Of a stretch of DNA of 51,529 nt, positions 17,671-24,362 are shown piece after piece. Both the position numbers and the translations under genes were made by a program. The DNA lies in NCBI GenBank assembly GCA_016206165.1, contig JACQSD010000018.1:1-51529 (forward strand), read 5' to 3'. The notes beneath the pieces are model-generated. The model was not told where the DNA came from. It saw nothing but the letters and a program-made list of their open reading frames with translations, and did not search any database. Numbering within the stretch: the first letter of the stretch is position 1; each line of letters begins with the position of its first letter. This DNA comes from Candidatus Uhrbacteria bacterium. Its GTDB lineage: Bacteria > Patescibacteriota > Patescibacteriia > JACQSD01.

Positions 17671-17696
17671 ATACTCCATATTTTTTTGACTGTTTT

Positions 17697-17849
17697 TGAA
17701 TGTTTTCCGAGACTGCGTCGCGCAGAATCGAAGAAAACATTCAATCCGCCGAGTATGCGGTGGCCCTGAGCCGAATCCGCCGATGAGGCGGAGGAGGTAT
17801 GAGCGGTGCTGCGAGAGGCGGATGTACTGTTTTCCGAGACTGCGTCGCG
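17697..17849 (+). promoter_or_regulatory. structured nrdR leader with a 22-nt direct repeat and alternative pairing potential
   Basis: TGTTTTCCGAGACTGCGTCGCG occurs at 17701-17722 and 17828-17849. Copy 1 lies in the hairpin TGAATGTTTTC...GAAAACATTCA (17697-17743). Two AATCCGCCGA hairpins lie in between. Confidence 0.5.
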
Positions 17850-17859
17850 GATGCATCGT

Positions 17860-18342
17860 ATGTTCTGTCCAGCGTGCCGCCATAAAGATACAAAAGTGAG
17901 TGATTCCCGTGTGGGGGCAGATGGGACAACCATTCGTCGCCGGCGAGAATGCCTGAAGTGCCATTTTCGTTTTTCAACACTTGAAGAGGTCGAGATCCTC
18001 GATTTGACGGTCGTGAAGCGTGACGGGCGGCGCGAGGCGTATCGCCGTGAGAAGATTACTGCAGGTCTTCATAAAGCATTTGAGAAGCGCCCCATTACCG
18101 AAGAGGATTTCATGAAACTTGTCCACGCGATCGAGCGCGATATCCAAGCGCGGCGGGTCTCGGAGATTCGCAGTTCCGATATTGGAGAGATTCTCATGGA
18201 GCATCTCCAGGCAGCAGACTCTGTCGCCTACATCCGGTTTGCATCGGTCTACCGTAAGTTTGAAGATGCCGAACGGTTTCAACAAGAATTACAACGCCTT
18301 TTTAAAAAACAAAGGAGAGTGAAACGGCCTCACCGCGCATGA
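17860..18342 (+). CDS. nrdR: transcriptional repressor NrdR (Zn ribbon + ATP-cone)
   Basis: MFCPACRHKDTKVSDSR...RRRRECLKCHFRFSTLE. The canonical MxCPxC start was chosen; the ORF opens at 17806. Confidence 0.92.
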   Translation: MFCPACRHKDTKVSDSRVGADGTTIRRRRECLKCHFRFSTLEEVEILDLTVVKRDGRREAYRREKITAGLHKAFEKRPITEEDFMKLVHAIERDIQARRVSEIRSSDIGEILMEHLQAADSVAYIRFASVYRKFEDAERFQQELQRLFKKQRRVKRPHRA

Positions 18343-18388
18343 GAGCCCATGCTCATGCACCGTGCGTCGATTTGCTTGTCACGACGTT

Positions 18389-20959
18389 ATGAACGCCTAC
18401 GATCCAAAGCGGAAGGCGGATGCTGAAGTTCTTGCATCCGAGCCAATAGTGCAACGTCCGTTTACGAAGGAAGAAATTTATCGCGATGGTCGCGCGCTCG
18501 GGTTTACCGAGAATGCAATTCGTGTCATTGAAAAGCGGTATCTTACGCGCGATGAAGAAGGGCAGATCGTCGAAACGCCAAAAGGAATGTTTCGTCGGAT
18601 CGCACGTGCACTTGCGGCGGTCGAGGGGAAGTACGGGGCAAATGAGGCGCAAGTAAAATTTTGGGAGGAACAATTTTATACTGTCCTTTCGCATTTTGAA
18701 TTTACTCCCGCAGGCCGCACCATTACGAATGCGGGTGGGCCAACGCGCGTTGTTGCGAACTGCATCGTGCTCCACGCGGAAGATTCGATGGATGGCATTT
18801 TTGGGACGCTGCGCGATGCAACACTCCTCCAGCAAGCAGGATCTGGCCTTGGGTTTCCGTGGCACCTCCTCCGCCCTGCAGGAACGATTGCAGTGAAGTC
18901 ACGCGGAGTTGCTTCAGGCCCTGTTCCATTTTTACGTTCCTATGACGCAGCATTTGGCGTGGTGAAACAACAAGGGCGGCACGGTGCGAACATGGGGGTC
19001 ATGCGTGTCGACCATCCAGATATCCTCGAATTTATTGATTGCAAACGAAAAGAAGGGGATATCGTCAATTTTAACATTTCCGTTGGGCTCACCGATGCAT
19101 TTATGACCGCGGTGAAGGCAAATGATCTGTCGCCCTGGCTCTGCGAATGGAAAGGGAAGAAGATGAAGCCACATACGATCACGCGGAATAATCGCGGCGC
19201 ATACAAATCACATGAAGATGTGACGCTTACTGCGCGCGAACTCATGGATCGGATTGTTGATGCAGCGTGGACGAATGGAGAGCCGGGGATTCTTTTCCCT
19301 GATGCGGCGAATCGATCAAACCCAGTGCCGGCTTTGGGGCGCCTTGAAGCAACGAATCCATGTGGCGAGCAATGGTTGCACGATTCAGACGTCTGCAATT
19401 TAGGATCCGTGAATCTTGCGCGGTTTGTGAAAGATGGTCATATCGACGAAGATCGGCTTCGCGTTGCATCGCGGATCGCGACACGCATGCTCGATAACGT
19501 CATTGATATTTCTGATTTTCCTGTGGAGCGTGTGAACAAGCGATTCCGCGACAATCGTCGGATTGGGCTCGGGATCATGGGGTTTGCCGACATGCTCTAT
19601 CAGCTTGGCATTCCGTATAATTCCGAAGAGGGCTTCATGACTGCGGAGCGAGTGATGAAGATTGTGAATGACGCCGCACATCAGGAGTCGCAAGATTCTG
19701 CAGAACAAAAGGGTGTGTTTCCAAATTGGGAGATTAGTATTTTTGGGCCGAAAGGACAGAATCGAAAACAACGGAACGCGGCCTTAACGACGGTCGCTCC
19801 CACAGGATCACTCTCCATGTTCTTTGACTGTGCATCAGGGGTTGAGCCCTTCTTTGCACTCGCCTACTATAAAGAGGTTATGGGGGGCGATCAACTTCCG
19901 TATTTTAATTCGTATCTCGAGGCGGAACTCCGGAAGCGCGGTTTCTATTCTGACGAATTACTGCAAGACGTGTTGAAGACAGGGACGATTCAACATCGCG
20001 CGGATCTTCCAGAGGATCTCCGTCGCACATTCGTGACGGCTATGGATATTTCGGCAGAAGATCATATTCGGATGCAGGCAGCATTTCAGAAATATGTCGA
20101 CAATTCCATTTCGAAGACTATTAATTTCAAGAATAGCGCGACGAAAGAGGATGTACTCCGTGGATACATTCTCATGTGGGAGCTGGGGTGCAAAGGGGGC
20201 ACGGTGTATCGCGATGGATCACGGAATGAGCAAGTGCTTAATTTGAATTCAAAGAAATCCGGCGAAGCCGGACGCGGCTCCGCCGGGGGCGAAAAAGTTG
20301 CAGTCGCAGCAGCACCTGTCGCCGCGGTTGTACCAGAGGCCCCATCGCAGGCAGCAGTCGCTCCGGCGTATGTGGGGGCATCAGGGTTGACTCCGCGCCC
20401 GCGTCCAGATGTCACCCACGGATCAACGTATAAGACGAAGACGGGCTATGGGAATTTGTATGTGACGATTAATGATGATGCGGAGGGGAAGCCATTTGAG
20501 GTATTTGCAACGATTGGAAAAACAGGTGGAGTTTTCGCAGCAAAGTCCGAAGCGATTTGCCGGCTTGTGTCGATTGCGCTCCGGTCTGGCCTTGATCCTA
20601 TCGAGCTTGTGAAAGAATTGAAAGGGATCCGGGGCCCCATGCCTGTCTGGGGGAAGAATGGAATGGTGCTCTCGATTCCTGATGCGATTGCGCAGGTCAT
20701 GGAGGAGCACGTGAAACGCGATCAGCAGCAGTTGGCGTTTTATGCAAAACCAGAAGGAGCAGCACCGGTCGCAGTGAACGCAGCGGTTGCGTTAGCGGCA
20801 ACAACGACAGCTCCCGCGTCTGCGGCAGTGATGAACACCGCGCCGACATCCATTGCCGATCTTGGGTTTGCGCCCCAGTGTCCCGATTGTTCTGGAATTC
20901 TCGAAATGAGTGAGGGGTGCATGAAATGCCGCTCCTGTGGGTTTTCTAAGTGTGGATAG
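18389..20959 (+). CDS. nrdJ: adenosylcobalamin-dependent ribonucleotide reductase (class II)
   Basis: TENAIRVIEKRYL, NCIVL, NPCGEQWL, TVAPTGS, and a C-terminal CPDC..CMKCRSCG Zn ribbon. A low-complexity Ala/Pro insert precedes the B12-binding region. Start set at ATG 18389. Confidence 0.92.
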   Translation: MNAYDPKRKADAEVLASEPIVQRPFTKEEIYRDGRALGFTENAIRVIEKRYLTRDEEGQIVETPKGMFRRIARALAAVEGKYGANEAQVKFWEEQFYTVLSHFEFTPAGRTITNAGGPTRVVANCIVLHAEDSMDGIFGTLRDATLLQQAGSGLGFPWHLLRPAGTIAVKSRGVASGPVPFLRSYDAAFGVVKQQGRHGANMGVMRVDHPDILEFIDCKRKEGDIVNFNISVGLTDAFMTAVKANDLSPWLCEWKGKKMKPHTITRNNRGAYKSHEDVTLTARELMDRIVDAAWTNGEPGILFPDAANRSNPVPALGRLEATNPCGEQWLHDSDVCNLGSVNLARFVKDGHIDEDRLRVASRIATRMLDNVIDISDFPVERVNKRFRDNRRIGLGIMGFADMLYQLGIPYNSEEGFMTAERVMKIVNDAAHQESQDSAEQKGVFPNWEISIFGPKGQNRKQRNAALTTVAPTGSLSMFFDCASGVEPFFALAYYKEVMGGDQLPYFNSYLEAELRKRGFYSDELLQDVLKTGTIQHRADLPEDLRRTFVTAMDISAEDHIRMQAAFQKYVDNSISKTINFKNSATKEDVLRGYILMWELGCKGGTVYRDGSRNEQVLNLNSKKSGEAGRGSAGGEKVAVAAAPVAAVVPEAPSQAAVAPAYVGASGLTPRPRPDVTHGSTYKTKTGYGNLYVTINDDAEGKPFEVFATIGKTGGVFAAKSEAICRLVSIALRSGLDPIELVKELKGIRGPMPVWGKNGMVLSIPDAIAQVMEEHVKRDQQQLAFYAKPEGAAPVAVNAAVALAATTTAPASAAVMNTAPTSIADLGFAPQCPDCSGILEMSEGCMKCRSCGFSKCG

Positions 20960-21014
20960 TGTTCCTCGTTATTGTTCGAGCCCGGTCGAGAACCTACCAT
21001 GAGCAACAAAGAGA

Positions 21015-21042
21015 CCTCGGCATGCGCGCCGGGGTTTTGTTT
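21015..21042 (+). terminator. intrinsic terminator after nrdJ
   Basis: CCTCGGC atgcgc GCCGGGG followed by TTTTGTTT. Confidence 0.6.
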
Positions 21043-21076
21043 CCCTCTCCTTGTAGGAGAGGGTTAGGGTGAGGTC
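21043..21076. repeat. CCCTCTCCT-N3-AGGAGAGGG + GGGTGAGGT hairpin element, copy 1
   Basis: CCCTCTCCT tgt AGGAGAGGG ttaGGGTGAGGTC. It sits between convergent genes and supplies the last codons (TSP*) of 21064..21462. Confidence 0.85.
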
Positions 21077-21462
21077 TTGGTAAGCTCTTTTAATACCTCC
21101 TCAATCGTCTCCCGTCTCCGGACATGTGATGCGAAAAACCACGGTGATTTTGTATTCCATTCGCCGACTACGTAGACAATCGGCTTCCCAGTCATGAAAC
21201 ATCGGAGTGACGCAGCGCCAAATTCCATGGGGAGTGTCGTGCCATGTTCATCTGAGATAAAAATGAGAACGTCACACGCGGCAATGCCGGCAAGTTCATT
21301 TTCTGCATATTTTTGCGCTATGTCTTCGTGCTCGACGTAAGGCTCAATAAATTTGTGTGTTGTCCAGTCGTATGTGATTTCATGCCCGAGGGCACGAATT
21401 TGCGCATACATCGCACGAACCATATCCTTCTTTTCAAATTTTGCAGCGACGTAAATACGCAT
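21064..21462 (-). CDS. nucleoside 2-deoxyribosyltransferase-like protein
   Basis: MRIYVAAKF...DW...ACDVLIFISDEHGTTLPMEFGAA...GKPIVYVV is an NDT/Rossmann-like pattern. Call rests on motif recognition only. Confidence 0.55.
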   Translation of the reverse strand: MRIYVAAKFEKKDMVRAMYAQIRALGHEITYDWTTHKFIEPYVEHEDIAQKYAENELAGIAACDVLIFISDEHGTTLPMEFGAASLRCFMTGKPIVYVVGEWNTKSPWFFASHVRRRETIEEVLKELTKTSP

Positions 21463-21493
21463 AGTTGATTAGTCTATCGCATGACACTTGTTT

Positions 21494-21521
21494 TTGCAAA
21501 GTCTACATAAGCGTGTATGAT
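21494..21521 (+). promoter_or_regulatory. promoter TTGCAA-16-TATGAT, -10 box 8 nt from ATG 21530 (leaderless-type)
   Basis: TTGCAA agtctacataagcgtg TATGAT agaaatat ATG. Confidence 0.4.
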
Positions 21522-21529
21522 AGAAATAT

Positions 21530-21787
21530 ATGCATGCATTTGAACATCCGAATGAAGAATCAATCGAAGCGCGGCGCGAGCGGCTTATGCCCATACTTCG
21601 CGAATCGTTTGAGGGGAATCTTCCACTACGTGTGACGCGGAAGAAGGGCGAGGGTGAAGAAACAATCGATGACCTCGTCGTTTGTGGCGTGAATGAAGAC
21701 GGGCCAGAATTTTGTATACTTGAAGCAGATGGGCTGCCAGGCCCGAGCGCAACAATGCTTTGGAGCGAGATTATTGATGTACAATAA
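21530..21787 (+). CDS. hypothetical acidic 85-aa protein
   Basis: ORF with its own promoter. Shares a VTR-x6/7-ETIDD motif with 22547..22918. Confidence 0.45.
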   Translation: MHAFEHPNEESIEARRERLMPILRESFEGNLPLRVTRKKGEGEETIDDLVVCGVNEDGPEFCILEADGLPGPSATMLWSEIIDVQ

Positions 21788-21844
21788 TTTTTTCTGCGTT
21801 CGTCCGCGTTTGCGCAAGCGTGACGTTCCGCGTTATTCTGCGAT

Positions 21845-22456
21845 ATGGGACAACAATGGAAACAATCGAAGGGGTTGACAATCATCTATGTCGGTGATGG
21901 GAAGGGGAAGACGACAGCGGCGGTGGGGATGATTGTGCGTGCACTCGGTCATGGCTGGCGCGTTGCGTTTTTGCAATTCATGAAAGAAGAAAAATGGCCC
22001 TCCGGCGAACGCGACTTTCTACGCTCGCTCTCTAAAAAAACTTCCCCTCTCCTTTTAGGAGAGGGCGAGGGTGAGGTCCAGGTGAGGTCTCAGGGCGAGG
22101 TTCTCGTTGAGGTCGTCGGCCAAGGCTTTGTCGGTATCATGGGCGACAAGAAAGAGCGCGACATCCATCGCGCTGCCGCAGAAGCGGGATACAAGAAGAC
22201 GCTCGATCTCCTCACATCGAAACAATATGACCTTGTGGTGCTCGATGAAATCCTTTCTGCTGTTGATGAGGGGTTATTGACCGAGGATCAGATCCTTGTG
22301 CTCATTGCATACAAACCAGAAGACACCACTCTCGTGATGACCGGCCACAAGCACTACTCAAAGATTTTTGAAAAAGCCGACCTCGTGACCGAAATGAAAA
22401 AATTGAAGCACCCCTTTGATTCCGGCTACATCGCCAAGAAGGGGGTTGACTTTTAG
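21845..22456 (+). CDS. cobO: ATP:cob(I)alamin adenosyltransferase (CobO/BtuR type) carrying a ~22-aa in-frame repeat-element insertion
   Basis: LTIIYVGDGKGKTTAAVG (P-loop), LQFMK..WPSGER, DLVVLDE, TGH, LVTEMKKLKHPF. The extra segment is KKTSPLLLGEGEGEVQVRSQGE. Confidence 0.85.
   Translation: MGQQWKQSKGLTIIYVGDGKGKTTAAVGMIVRALGHGWRVAFLQFMKEEKWPSGERDFLRSLSKKTSPLLLGEGEGEVQVRSQGEVLVEVVGQGFVGIMGDKKERDIHRAAAEAGYKKTLDLLTSKQYDLVVLDEILSAVDEGLLTEDQILVLIAYKPEDTTLVMTGHKHYSKIFEKADLVTEMKKLKHPFDSGYIAKKGVDF
22045..22089. repeat. CCCTCTCCT-N3-AGGAGAGGG + (GGTGAGGTC)x2 hairpin element, copy 2, inside cobO
   Basis: CCCTCTCCT ttt AGGAGAGGG cgaGGGTGAGGTCcaGGTGAGGTC. Confidence 0.85.
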
Positions 22457-22546
22457 TGCGGTTTCGGCTATACTCTTTTGAGTCGTCCAATGGAGAGACG
22501 GCGAAGGACAATCCTTAGGATACATAGAGATCGATTGGGGGATTCG

Positions 22547-22918
22547 ATGAACGACCCATGGTTTATTTATGTAGAACAGTGGGGAGCCTGGAAGGACAAT
22601 GCGAGGTCATGGTTATTGCAGCGAACCAAGATAACCATGAGTGGTGGGCGTGTAGTTCGTATTGATTTCGACCAGGACGCGGAGAACATCTACATTGGAT
22701 CATGTCAGCGCCGTGAAGACGGCAGCATCAGCTGCGCCGTGTGCCACCCAGTAACACGAGACAGCAAGATCGTCGAGGGGGAGACGATTGACGACGTGCT
22801 CCCGGCGGATCTTCAGCCGAAGTTTCGTATTCCAATCCGAGAGCTTTTTAGGCGCTCTGATCATACCGCGGACACATGCAGGTGGCTTTTTCCAACAGCC
22901 GAGATCGTCGTCGTGTAG
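22547..22918 (+). CDS. hypothetical protein
   Basis: ATG 22547 lies after GGGGGA; the ORF opens at TTG 22478. No recognisable family. Confidence 0.45.
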   Translation: MNDPWFIYVEQWGAWKDNARSWLLQRTKITMSGGRVVRIDFDQDAENIYIGSCQRREDGSISCAVCHPVTRDSKIVEGETIDDVLPADLQPKFRIPIRELFRRSDHTADTCRWLFPTAEIVVV

Positions 22919-22946
22919 CATCCGGTGCGATCACGATTTTCCGAAG

Positions 22947-22986
22947 CGACCCAGGGTGAACATACCCCTGGGTCGTATTCTTTTTT
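22947..22986 (+). terminator. intrinsic terminator
   Basis: CGACCCAGGG tgaacatac CCCTGGGTCG followed by TATTCTTTTTT. Confidence 0.8.
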
Positions 22987-23040
22987 ATTTCCAGATTATT
23001 GAATTCTCATAGATTTTGGACGCGTGTTGAATAAAAACAC

Positions 23041-23078
23041 AAATCCACTTTATGTCCGGTCGGACATAAAGTGGATTT
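23041..23078. repeat. 38-bp palindrome, 18-bp perfect arms, core ATGTCCG-GT-CGGACAT (family copy 1)
   Basis: AAATCCACTTTATGTCCG GT CGGACATAAAGTGGATTT. T-rich on both outer flanks, so it could be a bidirectional terminator or an operator. Confidence 0.9.
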
Positions 23079-23122
23079 TATTGTTTGTGTCTATGTTGAT
23101 AGTTTTGTTTGACACCGAGAGT

Positions 23123-23152
23123 TTGACATCAAGCACGGCTTTGGTGTAGATT
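23123..23152 (+). promoter_or_regulatory. promoter TTGACA-18-TAGATT in front of the tRNA-like array
   Basis: A second TTGACA sits at 23109-23114. The first tRNA-like gene begins about 17 nt after the -10 box. Confidence 0.45.
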
Positions 23153-23168
23153 CTTTTTGTATAGGAAT

Positions 23169-23260
23169 TAGGGGGTAGCTTAGTGGTAAAGCATGGGAGG
23201 AAATCATGTAGTGCATGCGGGTTCTCCCACAGCGCAGGTTCGATTCCTGCCCCCCTTCCA
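23169..23260 (+). tRNA. tRNA-like gene with canonical D and T arms but a 36-nt element in place of the anticodon arm
   Basis: TAGGGGG TA GCTT AGTGGTA AAGC A [TGGGAG GAAATCATGTAGTGCATGCGGGTT CTCCCA] CAGC GCAGG TTCGATT CCTGC CCCCCT T CCA. No 5-bp stem with a 7-nt loop can be drawn. Confidence 0.55.
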
Positions 23261-23267
23261 AGTACTA

Positions 23268-23342
23268 GTGGTGGTAGCTCAACGGTAGAGCACGCGGCTT
23301 TTCGCCGTGTCGTAGGGCGTTCGACTCGCCTCAACCACTCCA
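23268..23342 (+). tRNA. tRNA-Lys(TTT)-like, non-canonical (C37, G6-A67 mismatch, U73)
   Basis: GTGGTGG TA GCTC AACGGTA GAGC A CGCGG CTTTTCG CCGTG TCGTA GGGCG TTCGACT CGCCT CAACCAC T CCA. Confidence 0.6.
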
Positions 23343-23349
23343 ATACACT

Positions 23350-23423
23350 CCTCCCATAGCTCAGAGTGTTGAGCGCTCGCCTCTTAAGCGAGAGGACGCT
23401 GGAGTGACTTCCAGCTGGGAGGA
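23350..23423 (+). tRNA. tRNA-Lys(CTT)-like, non-canonical elbow (no GG in the D loop, 8-nt T loop without TTC), no encoded CCA
   Basis: CCTCCCA TA GCTC AGAGTGTT GAGC G CTCGC CTCTTAA GCGAG AGGAC GCTGG AGTGACTT CCAGC TGGGAGG A. Confidence 0.6.
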
Positions 23424-23436
23424 GACAATTTGTCGG

Positions 23437-23473
23437 CGGCGCACTTTGGGGGGTGCGCCGTTTTTCTTTTTTT
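23437..23473 (+). terminator. intrinsic terminator after the tRNA-like array
   Basis: CGGCGCAC tttggggg GTGCGCCG followed by TTTTTCTTTTTTT. Confidence 0.8.
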
Positions 23474-23492
23474 GCTACAATGTACAGTGCCT

Positions 23493-24362
23493 ATGAAACG
23501 ATTCATTTTATTTTCTACGCTCGTTGGAGTTTTCTTTATTGCACTATTTTTTTATTGGTCGAGCGTTGTGTCGAACGCTCGCGCGCGTGGGCGGTCACTC
23601 CCCCTCATCGTTCATGCGGGTGGGGGTGTTCGCGGAAACATTTATACGAGCAGCCGCGAAGCACTTGATGCAAATTATGCGGCGGGGTATCGGTTATTTG
23701 AACTCGATTTTTCTTGGACGAGCGATCGTCAACTCGTCCTCATCCATGATTGGGAAGGAACATATGAAAAATATTTCGGGATGCAAGGCGAGCGGCCGAC
23801 ACGCGACCAATTTTTGGCGCTCTCCATGAAGGATAACCTCACTCAACTCTCTCTCGAACAATTGTTCGAGTGGTTAGCGGCGCATCCTGATGCGCGTGTC
23901 GTGACGGATGTTAAAGAAGATACTATTGCCGCGCTCACATACATTCAGGAACGCGATCCTAAGTTTGCGCAACATTTTATTCCACAGATTTACGATCCAG
24001 AAGAATATACTGCGGTTCGCGCGCTTGGATATGTGGACATTATTTTTACATTATATCGGTTGACCATCGATCGCTACGTGACTGCGTTGCGCATCTTCTT
24101 TTTTGCAGGGACGCATGATTTATATGCCGTGACGATGCCAGTGGAGCGTGCGTTGCATGGATCATTCGCATCGCTCATGCAATGGACAGGAAAGATCGTC
24201 TATGTGCATACCGTGAATGAAAAAGAAGAATATCAAATCCTACAGCAACGCGGCATCGGCATCTATACTGACTGGATTATTCCGAGCGCTTCTTCCACAG
24301 ACGCCCTTCCTCAAGCATCGTCCGCTTCCATTGATACAACTCATTCAGGTCGCACATGGTGA
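23493..24362 (+). CDS. membrane-anchored glycerophosphodiester phosphodiesterase-like (GDPD/PLC-like) protein
   Basis: Signal/TM MKRFILFSTLVGVFFIALFFYW; IVHAGGG..SREALDANYAAGYRLFELDF..LVLIHDW...GIYTDW. Start at ATG 23493, because the ORF opening at 23430 runs through the terminator. Confidence 0.6.
   Translation: MKRFILFSTLVGVFFIALFFYWSSVVSNARARGRSLPLIVHAGGGVRGNIYTSSREALDANYAAGYRLFELDFSWTSDRQLVLIHDWEGTYEKYFGMQGERPTRDQFLALSMKDNLTQLSLEQLFEWLAAHPDARVVTDVKEDTIAALTYIQERDPKFAQHFIPQIYDPEEYTAVRALGYVDIIFTLYRLTIDRYVTALRIFFFAGTHDLYAVTMPVERALHGSFASLMQWTGKIVYVHTVNEKEEYQILQQRGIGIYTDWIIPSASSTDALPQASSASIDTTHSGRTW

Noticed and set aside
17671-17686. Second NrdR box (ATACTCCATATTTTTT, 11/16 to consensus)
   Set aside because: It directly abuts the first box, whereas my recollection of described tandem NrdR boxes is about a 15-16-nt gap between them. 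The match is mostly A/T, and it also forms the 3' arm of a hairpin.
17651-17860. Cobalamin riboswitch in the nrdR-nrdJ leader
   Set aside because: It has no B12 box (GCCACTG / AGCCAGGAGACC-like) and no GGGAA..GGTG.AA.TCC core. The real B12 riboswitch in the window is at 26598-26740.
21469-21885. 138-aa minus-strand ORF
   Set aside because: It is antisense to the 21530 gene and to the cobO start, is Ser/Arg/Cys-rich, and has no start context.
23050-23343. 97-aa minus-strand ORF
   Set aside because: It lies entirely over the palindrome, the promoter and the tRNA-like genes. Its C-terminal residues MSDRT are just the palindrome core read as codons.
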